Positions 18,385 through 26,132 of a stretch of 34,856 bases of DNA are shown here, one piece after another; the stretch's first letter is position 1; the number at the start of each line of letters is the position of its first letter. The DNA comes from a virus. The notes under the pieces are model-generated. The model was given only the letters and a program-made list of their open reading frames with translations, was not told where the DNA came from and ran no database searches. The position numbers were made by a program, and so were the translations under genes. The DNA lies in IMG/VR virus record IMGVR_UViG_3300045988_100094; one strand, 5' to 3'.

Positions 18385-18684
18385 TTATTTTTTTCTATTT
18401 GATAAAAATTCTTTCCAATACGGATTTTCTTTATCAAAAATTTCAACTTCCTTGTCCATCATATTATGTGGATAGTCCACAAACAAGTTGTAGATTTTTT
18501 TCTGGTCAAAACTAAACAAATGCTCACCTATAGCATCTAGTTTATCAATCCACCAAACTTTCGAAGCTTCATTTTCTTTATAAAAGTCACTATAACCATC
18601 TAAATGAGATTCAGACCATATTCTGTCATCTTCTTGATTAGCTAATTCAGATAGTTCTTCTAAAAAATCATCGTTATTTGACAT
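18385..18684 (-). CDS. Acidic 99-aa protein translationally coupled to the MuF C-terminal domain (candidate immunity protein)
   Basis: Its ATG lies inside the last codons of the upstream gene (ggctATGTCAAATAA). The N-terminus is acidic. Confidence 0.6.
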   Translation of the reverse strand: MSNNDDFLEELSELANQEDDRIWSESHLDGYSDFYKENEASKVWWIDKLDAIGEHLFSFDQKKIYNLFVDYPHNMMDKEVEIFDKENPYWKEFLSNRKK

Positions 18685-20068
18685 AGCCCTTATCTCCTTT
18701 ATTTTGCTGACCTTTCTTAGTATTAATAAATCCTAGAATCTTTTGAAATTCTTCATTTTCTCCTAAACTATCAGAATCTATTAATACATTCGGAACTTGT
18801 AATTTTTGTCCATACACTGAATGAGAACGTTGACAACCAAAGCGCTCTTTTAAAACTGCATTGGTTATAGGTTTAAACCCGTTACCTTCAAAAGGAGCTT
18901 GCAATTCTAAGTATTGGAACCGCCCCTCTTTTTTTCGCACAATTGCCGCATGCTTTCCTGTTGCTAAATAATATTCTTTGTCATCTTGCATTTGACCAAT
19001 TAATTTTTTAACAGCAGTAAAGTCGTTTGTATCTGCAACAACATGCGAATTAACACTCGGTAACTCACTAATGTTTTTGATGTTTAGCATGCTTGCAAAA
19101 AAAGTTCTGCTTTTTCCATCACGATAATCCAAAACATCGAAACCTGCTTTATTGCCAATATAGGCCAGCGCAAGAGAAGAGCAAGACCCCTTTGTCTGGT
19201 CTCCCCCTCCAACAGCTTTAATAATTGCTTCTTCAGTCTTTTTTACTTTAGATCTCTTGATAGGATTAACTTTAATTCCATGTTGCAGCGCGCTTTTTCT
19301 AACAACGCTGATATTCTCTTCTTTGTTTAACCCTTTCCTTTCTTTAATCTTATCACTATCCTTTTGTTTCCGCCATATTTTACTCCAAACATCCTGAACT
19401 TTCCCATTTTTAGGGTCATAATCAACTATGCAACGACAGCGTTGATGTCTCCGATAAATATCTTTTGGAACTCGTGGATATTTATAGATACCTTGAACCT
19501 CTTGACACCAATCACAGCACTTAGCGACTGACTTTCTAACAACTTCAGGTTGCAATCCTGCCTTGTGATGAAATTCTGCATTTTTCTCAATACTATCATC
19601 CACAATGCTTTGAGTAAAATTAACAATTGGATCTTGCAAAATCCACTTAATATCATCAAAATCCTGTTCAGAAGAAACACGATTGACGATTCCATCAATT
19701 CTATCCTGATTCAATGCAGGTATTTGTGTTTTGAGGTGAATATTAGTGCGTTCATTCAATTGTTTTTGAACATCACTAGCATAACTACTCACAAGCTCAT
19801 AATTCTGCCCTAGCGTGCCTTCTAAGAGGCGTTTTGCAATATTGTAATACAATTTACCGTCTGGCAACTTATCGGCGCTTAGAGAAGCTCCTAGAGCCTT
19901 TGAAAGAATTTCCCCTATTTCAATCGCAAAATCATTAACAGTCGTGTAAGTCGCTTTTTTAGATTTTAAAGCCTCAAAAGACTTTCTGACAACCTCACTT
20001 TTACCGTAAGCACGCTCAAAGTCATCTTGAATGGATTTAATCAATTCTGGAAAAATATCTTTATCCAT
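18674..20068 (-). CDS. Minor capsid / head morphogenesis protein (MuF / SPP1 gp7-like) with about 240-aa C-terminal extension
   Basis: It follows the portal gene with an ATGGATAA overlap. The MuF-type end motif CCDWCQ...HQRCRC lies at aa 184-213. A basic linker follows, then a roughly 170-aa domain containing DQTKGSC(296)SS and GKH(373)AAIV. Confidence 0.8.
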   Translation of the reverse strand: MDKDIFPELIKSIQDDFERAYGKSEVVRKSFEALKSKKATYTTVNDFAIEIGEILSKALGASLSADKLPDGKLYYNIAKRLLEGTLGQNYELVSSYASDVQKQLNERTNIHLKTQIPALNQDRIDGIVNRVSSEQDFDDIKWILQDPIVNFTQSIVDDSIEKNAEFHHKAGLQPEVVRKSVAKCCDWCQEVQGIYKYPRVPKDIYRRHQRCRCIVDYDPKNGKVQDVWSKIWRKQKDSDKIKERKGLNKEENISVVRKSALQHGIKVNPIKRSKVKKTEEAIIKAVGGGDQTKGSCSSLALAYIGNKAGFDVLDYRDGKSRTFFASMLNIKNISELPSVNSHVVADTNDFTAVKKLIGQMQDDKEYYLATGKHAAIVRKKEGRFQYLELQAPFEGNGFKPITNAVLKERFGCQRSHSVYGQKLQVPNVLIDSDSLGENEEFQKILGFINTKKGQQNKGDKGYVK

Positions 20069-21332
20069 CTACTGCCTCTTTCTCTGAAGGAAGCGCAGGC
20101 GCTACATTTCCAGAGCCTTTGACCCCTGTCAAATCACGAATAGCCTCACCATCAAGAAAACCAGGAATTGCTTGATTTAACTTGATAGCTCCGTCACCAA
20201 TCATTGTCAAGGTGCTTGCATCTGCTTCAAATAACGGTTCCCACTTGATATTTGTATTGACAAATTGACTGCGCAAATAATGAAATTCGTCACGCAAACA
20301 AACTGCCACATAAGCTACATTAAGCAAACCAGAACCAAGGCTGCGCTGCGCCTTTCGACCAGCCAACCGCAAATTTTCATGACTAGCTTTGATAGCCTCA
20401 ACAGATGACGGGTTGTCAGACACGAATCCCAAGTCATCCATTGTCAATCCCATTTCGCCAGCAAATCCCGCCGCCGCTGTCTTTAGCTGTTCCGTGAATG
20501 GTGTCATGCTTGACGTTGTGAATTGCCCAACGGTTGGTTTATCACCCTCCTCATCTTTATCAATTCGCAGCAGGCTAGAAACAGTCGCTTTCCATTTATC
20601 CATTGCATCCGCTGACGGATCCATACCCAAAATATACTTCTGAGGGTATGAATAAAATTCAGCAGTGACATCAGCACGTTCAAGCGTCCGTTTTGCATAC
20701 CGCTGATAGTACATACCAGCCCGCGTAATCCGACTGCGCCCAAATGGTCGCACCGCATCGGGTCGATGTATCACTGGCACAAGCAACGGAACACCAGCCG
20801 GGTTATGAATGCTGTAAGGCTTCTCATTTTTCGGATAATACCAAGTCATATCTTCTGTAAAATACGCTTCAAGCAACGGATTATCATAATCATCGCGTTG
20901 TAACACAGCGTATCCCTCTGTCAATAGTCCCGTAATCGGATCTAAAACACCAGTCGCATTACTTGCCTCAATTACTTGTAATCTTGGAATCTCTGTCGCT
21001 CCCTGTGAAATATAGACGAAGCAACAAGAACCAATCAAAGCAGATAGTACAGCGCTATCAAAGAAAACGTCTGGATTATTTTGATTAAAGATTTCATTTG
21101 CCTCAAAATCATCATTAGCAAATTCCCTAAATACTAATCTATCCGCAAGACTATCAACACCTTTAGCAGCCCAACCAAGAACTGAACGGTATTTCATACG
21201 AACTTCTGCAGGAATCGTAATTCCGACAGAAATATCGTTATATTTCATTGCATATTGCTTATACCTCATATCAACCCTCAATTTATAATTGAGGAGCTTT
21301 TTCCTGAGATAAGACATACCTTTCAAACTCAA
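20061..21332 (-). CDS. Portal protein (SPP1 gp6-like)
   Basis: 423 aa. Call rests on position upstream of MuF and general portal sequence style. TTG start at 21332 with AAAGGAG 9 nt upstream. Confidence 0.75.
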   Translation of the reverse strand: MSLKGMSYLRKKLLNYKLRVDMRYKQYAMKYNDISVGITIPAEVRMKYRSVLGWAAKGVDSLADRLVFREFANDDFEANEIFNQNNPDVFFDSAVLSALIGSCCFVYISQGATEIPRLQVIEASNATGVLDPITGLLTEGYAVLQRDDYDNPLLEAYFTEDMTWYYPKNEKPYSIHNPAGVPLLVPVIHRPDAVRPFGRSRITRAGMYYQRYAKRTLERADVTAEFYSYPQKYILGMDPSADAMDKWKATVSSLLRIDKDEEGDKPTVGQFTTSSMTPFTEQLKTAAAGFAGEMGLTMDDLGFVSDNPSSVEAIKASHENLRLAGRKAQRSLGSGLLNVAYVAVCLRDEFHYLRSQFVNTNIKWEPLFEADASTLTMIGDGAIKLNQAIPGFLDGEAIRDLTGVKGSGNVAPALPSEKEAVDG

Positions 21333-21375
21333 AATTTGCTACTCCTTTCGATTTTGGCGCGAGAAAATATGTACA

Positions 21376-21424
21376 GTGACGGCGTGAAGGGCTGCGCCCG
21401 CCAAGGGGAGGGGGTTACCCCCCT
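21376..21424. other. GC-rich island with short hairpins (candidate cos / packaging site or terminator)
   Basis: By my count 34 of the 44 nt at 21381-21424 are G/C, in an otherwise AT-rich genome. It contains GGGC-TGC-GCCC and GGGGG-TTA-CCCCC, and spans the HNH stop codon. Confidence 0.35.
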
Positions 21425-21771
21425 ATCTTGGACTTGCAACTTCTATAGCTCATCCAGTTGATGCTTTGTGGCAAATTACGATTGCCAATCACAGCTGAGC
21501 CCATTGCTCGTTCTTCTGCGTATAACTTATCAGACTTCTGTCTGTTGCATTGCCAGTGAGCCAACTGCAAGTTGTTGATATCAGAAGGATGACCATTCTT
21601 GTTGATTGGTATTATATGGTCTATAACTGGACTTAGTGGATGCGGATAGCGTAGACTCTTATCAACTGGTTGTCCACATATTCCACAAGTATTTCTAGTT
21701 TTAAGAATAATCTTTTTATTTTTTTCAAAAGCAACTCGATGAGGTCCACTTCTATCAGCTCTTATTTCCAC
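21415..21771 (-). CDS. HNH endonuclease
   Basis: CGICGQPV...DHIIPINKNGHPSDINNLQLAHWQCNRQKSDK matches the HNH motif. GTG start with GAGAGG 8 nt upstream. Confidence 0.85.
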   Translation of the reverse strand: MEIRADRSGPHRVAFEKNKKIILKTRNTCGICGQPVDKSLRYPHPLSPVIDHIIPINKNGHPSDINNLQLAHWQCNRQKSDKLYAEERAMGSAVIGNRNLPQSINWMSYRSCKSKIGG

Positions 21772-21821
21772 ATCTAATACCTCTCTTAATACTTTTCTAA
21801 AATAGGTCTATTTCCCTCTCT

Positions 21822-21853
21822 GAATTTAACATATCTTATATTCTGTTAAATTC
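21822..21853. repeat. Perfect 10-bp inverted repeat GAATTTAACA-N12-TGTTAAATTC
   Basis: Arms at 21822-21831 and 21844-21853. Flanked by 11-nt direct repeats AGGTCTATTTC at 21804-21814 and 21891-21901. A further TGTTAAAT half-site lies at 21931-21938. Confidence 0.7.
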
Positions 21854-21948
21854 GATTAATATCATTCAATCTCAGTTTTAATAAGGGGGGAGGTCTATTT
21901 CTTTATTTCTTAATTTACTTTTTTTCAATATGTTAAATACATAGAATT

Positions 21949-22515
21949 TTAATAACTAAAATCAATCATTGAACTATCTAATTCATCTTGCTTATATCCA
22001 ATATATCTCAATGTGATATCTGGAGATGAGTGATTGAATATCTCCATCAGAATAGCCACATTCTGATTCTTTTTATAATGATGATATCCAAAAGTCTTTC
22101 TCAAAGAATGTGTACCAATATTTTGTAAGCCTATACTTTCAGCTGCTGATTTGATAATCTGATAAGCTGCTACTCTACCAATATGAGTTATCCGGACGCC
22201 ATCTGCTCTTTTTCTCTTTCTGCTTTGAAACAAGAAGTCATATCCCTTCAAATCATTATTCTTGATGTAGTTATTCAGGGTTCTTCTTAATTCAGGATTG
22301 ATTGCGAATCGTTTCGTCTTACCTGTTTTTCGCTCCTTGATTTCGATGTGTTCACCAGTTACTTGCTTGACTTGAAGAGGAATAATATCACTAATTCTCA
22401 TACCTGAATATAGTCCAGTGACTATCAACATATAGTCTCTTTCGTTTCTATCCTTTAGATAATCCTTGAGACGTTGAATATCATCAACATCTCTGATTGG
22501 TTCAACTCGTCTCAA
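21949..22515 (-). CDS. Short tyrosine recombinase (catalytic domain only)
   Basis: Candidate catalytic hexad: R43 (GMRISD), K in KERKTGK, H139-x-x-R142 (THSLRKT), H165 (NHSS), Y174 (LRYI). Only about 35 aa precede box I. The probable TTG start at 22515 lies 8 nt after AAGGAGG. Confidence 0.8.
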   Translation of the reverse strand: MRRVEPIRDVDDIQRLKDYLKDRNERDYMLIVTGLYSGMRISDIIPLQVKQVTGEHIEIKERKTGKTKRFAINPELRRTLNNYIKNNDLKGYDFLFQSRKRKRADGVRITHIGRVAAYQIIKSAAESIGLQNIGTHSLRKTFGYHHYKKNQNVAILMEIFNHSSPDITLRYIGYKQDELDSSMIDFSY

Positions 22516-22538
22516 GAATTTCACCTCCTTAACGACTA

Positions 22539-22565
22539 TATTAAAAGGCAGGTAGTGCCTGCCTT
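22539..22565 (-). terminator. Rho-independent terminator after arpU
   Basis: Stem AAGGCAGG (22545-22552) / CCTGCCTT (22558-22565), 5-nt loop. On the minus strand TTTTAATA follows. Confidence 0.7.
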
Positions 22566-22622
22566 ACGTATTAATTCTCATATTACTATCTTATCATCTT
22601 TTAGCAGCTTTTCACTCCGCAT

Positions 22623-23060
22623 TTACTCCGGATTTTCTCCAGAAATTGCGACTTGTTCACCATTTCTATAGATTTCTGCAAAAGCTATTAGAGCTTTATC
22701 AAGTAAATCATAATAAGAACTTTCTGAAATAGCTAGATTCTGATAGATTGAGAAGTCTTTTTCAGGCGTACTCTTTAAATATTTCTCAAAAAGGATTCTA
22801 CGATAGAAAGGATTGTGTAGATTACTGACAGCTTGTTCAATTGCATCAAGTTCAATTTCTGCATCAACCTTTCTAATAGCCAGCTTTTCAACTTGACTAT
22901 TGTTAGTGAAATTCGGATTTCGTGGTGTAAAGGAATAGATAGTTGTCACCCTCTGACCGTTTCTATCATTGGCTACTCTTCGCCATCGAGGGTAGCCACG
23001 CAAAATCTTTCTTGCATTTTCTTTCGTTTTCACCTCATTAATTTCTGGGAAAAAAGGCAT
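22623..23060 (-). CDS. arpU: ArpU-family late transcriptional activator
   Basis: MPFFPEINEVKTKENARKILRGYPRWRRVA...YRRILFEKYL... is typical of ArpU / sigma-region-4-like phage regulators. It lies at the early/late boundary. Confidence 0.8.
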   Translation of the reverse strand: MPFFPEINEVKTKENARKILRGYPRWRRVANDRNGQRVTTIYSFTPRNPNFTNNSQVEKLAIRKVDAEIELDAIEQAVSNLHNPFYRRILFEKYLKSTPEKDFSIYQNLAISESSYYDLLDKALIAFAEIYRNGEQVAISGENPE

Positions 23061-23064
23061 ATGC

Positions 23065-23256
23065 TCACCTCTTTTTCAGCCAATTAAAAAAACTATCTTT
23101 ACAATTTGGACATAAATTAATAAGTTTTTGATGATAACGTTTGTTATACTCATCTGCGTTTGCAGTAACAAGTGAGTTAATATTTCTGGAATTATCATTT
23201 TTGTTATAGATCTCATGAAATTTACCACATCTATCACACTTTTTTGCTATTGCCAT
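23065..23256 (-). CDS. Small zinc-ribbon protein
   Basis: 63 aa with the pairs CDRC and CPNC. Confidence 0.6.
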   Translation of the reverse strand: MAIAKKCDRCGKFHEIYNKNDNSRNINSLVTANADEYNKRYHQKLINLCPNCKDSFFNWLKKR

Positions 23257-24163
23257 CTTTTTTCTCCAATCGTTTTAGTAGCTCTTGCTTCTGTTTCTCA
23301 AGTTCAGCTTGTTTTTCTGGACTAGTTTCATTTTTATAATCAGGATTGCTCCAATCAGGATTATTTCCTGCTTTTTGATTTTTAACCATAACCTTATTAT
23401 TTTTCTTCGCTTGGAAATCTCGCTGTGCTTGATAAGCTTGTTCAGGAGTTCTAATGCCTTGATTAATCCAATTATCTAAAATCCGTGCAATGTAATTAAA
23501 TTTTCTGACATTATTTGCGACTGCAATTTTCACAGCTTCAAGAAATAGTTCTGTAGAGACTTTTTGATTCAGTAAATAGTCATTTATCATGTCAAATTCA
23601 AATTTCACAAGGCCACGACCTAGATTTGCTTCAATTTCTTGAATAAAATTTTGCTTATCTATTACTACTATATTATCTTTATCTTTTTCTCTATCTGTAT
23701 CTATCTCTATATCTATATCTGTTGCGTTACATGGCGTTACTGTAACGTTACATGTAACGTTACCATTTTCAAGTAGTTGTTTTTGTTTTTCTCTATAACG
23801 AGCAACTCTTTTTCTAGTCTGCTCTTTTGCTTTCTCCATCCCATCAACATTTTGATGCTTTTCCCAATTCGGTAAAGAAATAATGCCATTTATGATTTCA
23901 ATCATGCCAAATTGTTCAAAAGTCTGTAAAGCCAGCCTAATTGTAGTTATTGGACGGTTGAAAATAGCTGCTAGCATTTCGTCTGTATAATGAACTTTAT
24001 TGTTCATCATCAGCAAGCCATTCCCGCCTTGTCGACCAGCCAAAGTCAAAATCTTAAACCAGATCACCAAAATAGCATCATGCTCAGGCAGCGCATCAAT
24101 CAACCTGATTTTTTCGTCATCAAAAATATCTGTTGTGATTTTAATCCATTTTATTTCTGACAT
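23234..24163 (-). CDS. Replisome organizer (N-terminal phage_rep_org domain) fused to DnaD-like domain
   Basis: MSEIKWIKITTDIFDDEKIRLIDALPEHDAILVIWFKILTLAG... at the N-terminus. The C-terminus contains ...ARILDNWINQGIRTPEQA, a DnaD/DnaB_2 pattern. Confidence 0.85.
   Translation of the reverse strand: MSEIKWIKITTDIFDDEKIRLIDALPEHDAILVIWFKILTLAGRQGGNGLLMMNNKVHYTDEMLAAIFNRPITTIRLALQTFEQFGMIEIINGIISLPNWEKHQNVDGMEKAKEQTRKRVARYREKQKQLLENGNVTCNVTVTPCNATDIDIEIDTDREKDKDNIVVIDKQNFIQEIEANLGRGLVKFEFDMINDYLLNQKVSTELFLEAVKIAVANNVRKFNYIARILDNWINQGIRTPEQAYQAQRDFQAKKNNKVMVKNQKAGNNPDWSNPDYKNETSPEKQAELEKQKQELLKRLEKKDGNSKKV
23691..23763. repeat. Iteron cluster inside the replisome-organizer gene (candidate origin of replication)
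   Basis: Tandem CTATCT(G/C)TAT at 23691-23710. Four CGTTAC units at 23725, 23735, 23746 and 23758, including two copies of the 10-bp palindrome GTAACGTTAC at 23742-23751 and 23754-23763. Confidence 0.65.
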
Positions 24164-24235
24164 CTTATGTCCTTTCTAGTGTGCATGCCATTTTTCTCCT
24201 CCAAAAAATCAAATATTGTCATTTGTTCCCCCTGC

Positions 24236-24985
24236 TTAAAATAAACTGGCTTGAAAGGATGTAAGCATTTTCTCCTTTGCATCTTTATAAAAGAAACGAT
24301 CAATCTCAAATCCATAAGCTTGTCGTTCAAGTTCCAATGCAGCTCTCAAGGTCGAACCACTACCAGCACATGGGTCAATAACGACATCGCCCTTATCTGT
24401 ATAAATTTCAATCAATCGTTTAAGAATTGGTACAGGTTTTTGCGTTTTGTGAATTTTTGGATAAGATTGGTCTACAATCCATGGAAAATGATTCAGAACC
24501 ATCTGACCGTCATTATTAAATTTTGGAAGTTTATCACGATATAGCACTAAGGCATACTCCACAGCTCCAACAATCTTCATGTTCGCTTTTAAAACTTGTG
24601 GACTGGATTTTTTTATAAAAACGATTGGAATGTATTTCTGAAATCCATATCTTTTAGCCAAATCAATCACCATTTGTTGCTGCTGATGTGCACAAAATAC
24701 GATCATGCAAGGAGCTTTCCCTTTTTCTTTTGGCTCTTTTATCAGCATTTTGCTACAGAAATGCATAAATTCAGCGATATTGAAATTTACATCCGTATTG
24801 AAAAAAGTAGATTTCGCTTTGTCACTTTCACCATTTTTATTATCTCCATCAACGTACCATTCAGGACTTGAAGCATAAGCATTTTCGCCCAGATTATAAG
24901 GAATATCAGCAATCACCAGCTGTGCTTTAGGAATTCCATAGCGCTTATAATTTTGAAAATTATCATGAAATAACTCACATTTCAC
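24236..24985 (-). CDS. DNA methyltransferase, beta-class N6-adenine / N4-cytosine type (orphan)
   Basis: Motif IV DIPYN lies near the N-terminus and motif I VIDPCAGSGST near the C-terminus. No adjacent endonuclease gene. The GTG at 24985 overlaps the upstream stop (GTGA). Confidence 0.8.
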   Translation of the reverse strand: MKCELFHDNFQNYKRYGIPKAQLVIADIPYNLGENAYASSPEWYVDGDNKNGESDKAKSTFFNTDVNFNIAEFMHFCSKMLIKEPKEKGKAPCMIVFCAHQQQQMVIDLAKRYGFQKYIPIVFIKKSSPQVLKANMKIVGAVEYALVLYRDKLPKFNNDGQMVLNHFPWIVDQSYPKIHKTQKPVPILKRLIEIYTDKGDVVIDPCAGSGSTLRAALELERQAYGFEIDRFFYKDAKEKMLTSFQASLF

Positions 24986-25230
24986 GCTTTTGCCCTCCAC
25001 TTTCTCGCCTGTCTCCGCTTAAATGCAGTCTGTCGCATATCCTGCCATGTTTTATTCGCTAGAGTTTCTACAAGATCCATTTTTTGAGTTTCGAGCAAAT
25101 CAATTTTAGCTTCATATTCTTCCATGTCATGATAACAGCGCCGAACTTCATCTTCAAGAAATTCTAAATGTTCAATCATTGCTTTAAGACCAGTAATGAA
25201 GCGATTATATGTTTTCCCATTTTCCCTCAT
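24982..25230 (-). CDS. Hypothetical coiled-coil protein
   Basis: 82-aa ORF in the operon context. Confidence 0.55.
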   Translation of the reverse strand: MRENGKTYNRFITGLKAMIEHLEFLEDEVRRCYHDMEEYEAKIDLLETQKMDLVETLANKTWQDMRQTAFKRRQARKWRAKA

Positions 25231-25247
25231 TATTTCCTCCTAAAATA

Positions 25248-25616
25248 CTAATAAGTCGGTTCTTCCCCATATAGACTATCCGCATTTGCAGCTTTATTCC
25301 GATTTTGAAGTATTTGAAAATTATCCGCGACAACTTCCATCACATAGACATGTTGGCCTTGTTGATTTTCGTAGGTACGCGTCTGAATGCGACCAGTAAT
25401 CCCGATTAAGGTTCCCTTTTTAGCCCAATTTGCAAGATTTTCTGCCTGCTGGCGCCAAATCACAACATTAATAAAATCAGCTTCTCTCTCCCCACTTTGA
25501 TTTTTAAAGTTGCGATTGACAGCAAGAGTAAAAGTTGCGACCGCCTGATTTTGCGGAGTATAGCGAAGTTCGGCATCTCGGGTCATCCGACCCACAAGTA
25601 CAACGTTATTTATCAT
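25248..25616 (-). CDS. ssb: Single-stranded DNA-binding protein
   Basis: [35 protein letters not shown]...[16 protein letters not shown] is a canonical OB-fold SSB. The tail ends GEEPTY rather than the usual DDD(I/L)PF. Confidence 0.85.
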   Translation of the reverse strand: MINNVVLVGRMTRDAELRYTPQNQAVATFTLAVNRNFKNQSGEREADFINVVIWRQQAENLANWAKKGTLIGITGRIQTRTYENQQGQHVYVMEVVADNFQILQNRNKAANADSLYGEEPTY

Positions 25617-25630
25617 ATCTGACCCTTTCT

Positions 25631-25864
25631 TTAATAATTCCAACCCGTTTTTTTCTTTCTCGCCTCTGCCAATTTCCGCATTCGCTCTCTGCGGTCGTGT
25701 TCGATTGCACAGACTACATACATAGCTTCAAGCTCTATGCGTTCATCTTCTCGCGCCTGTTGCTCTAATTTCTTCTGCTCCTTGCGCCAGTCTAAGTGGT
25801 TGATAAATGCGCCGAGGAAGAAGACTAGCACAAGCGTTAATACTGCTCCTAAAATTTCACTCAT
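25631..25864 (-). CDS. Hypothetical membrane protein
   Basis: 77 aa with an N-terminal TM segment and a charged tail. Confidence 0.55.
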   Translation of the reverse strand: MSEILGAVLTLVLVFFLGAFINHLDWRKEQKKLEQQAREDERIELEAMYVVCAIEHDRRERMRKLAEARKKKTGWNY

Positions 25865-26130
25865 TATTTCTCACTCTCTCTAATATTTATCAACTCAACT
25901 CCGTTAGTAATTTTTTGTGATAATCTTTGTAATTCTTCGTCTGAAATATAAGTAATGCCTTTGTTTTTTATGTAAGACCAATATTTGTTATATACTTCAT
26001 CGGGAACATTAAGCCAACCCCAATCGTTTCGAAAAAATATACATAGTACCCCTTCTATTACTGCAAATATTGTTTGGTCTTTATTTTTAAAATTTATTCT
26101 GAATGGTTTTCTGTCAATAATTTTACTCAT
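25864..26130 (-). CDS. Hypothetical protein
   Basis: 88-aa ORF with abutting start/stop. Confidence 0.55.
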   Translation of the reverse strand: MSKIIDRKPFRINFKNKDQTIFAVIEGVLCIFFRNDWGWLNVPDEVYNKYWSYIKNKGITYISDEELQRLSQKITNGVELINIRESEK

Positions 26131-26132
26131 TT

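Noticed and set aside
24165-24191. 8-codon mini-ORF (MACTLERT) with strong RBS GGAGGAGAAAA, ending on the RBS of the replisome-organizer gene.
   Set aside because: It could be a coupling leader peptide, but it is too short to support from sequence alone.
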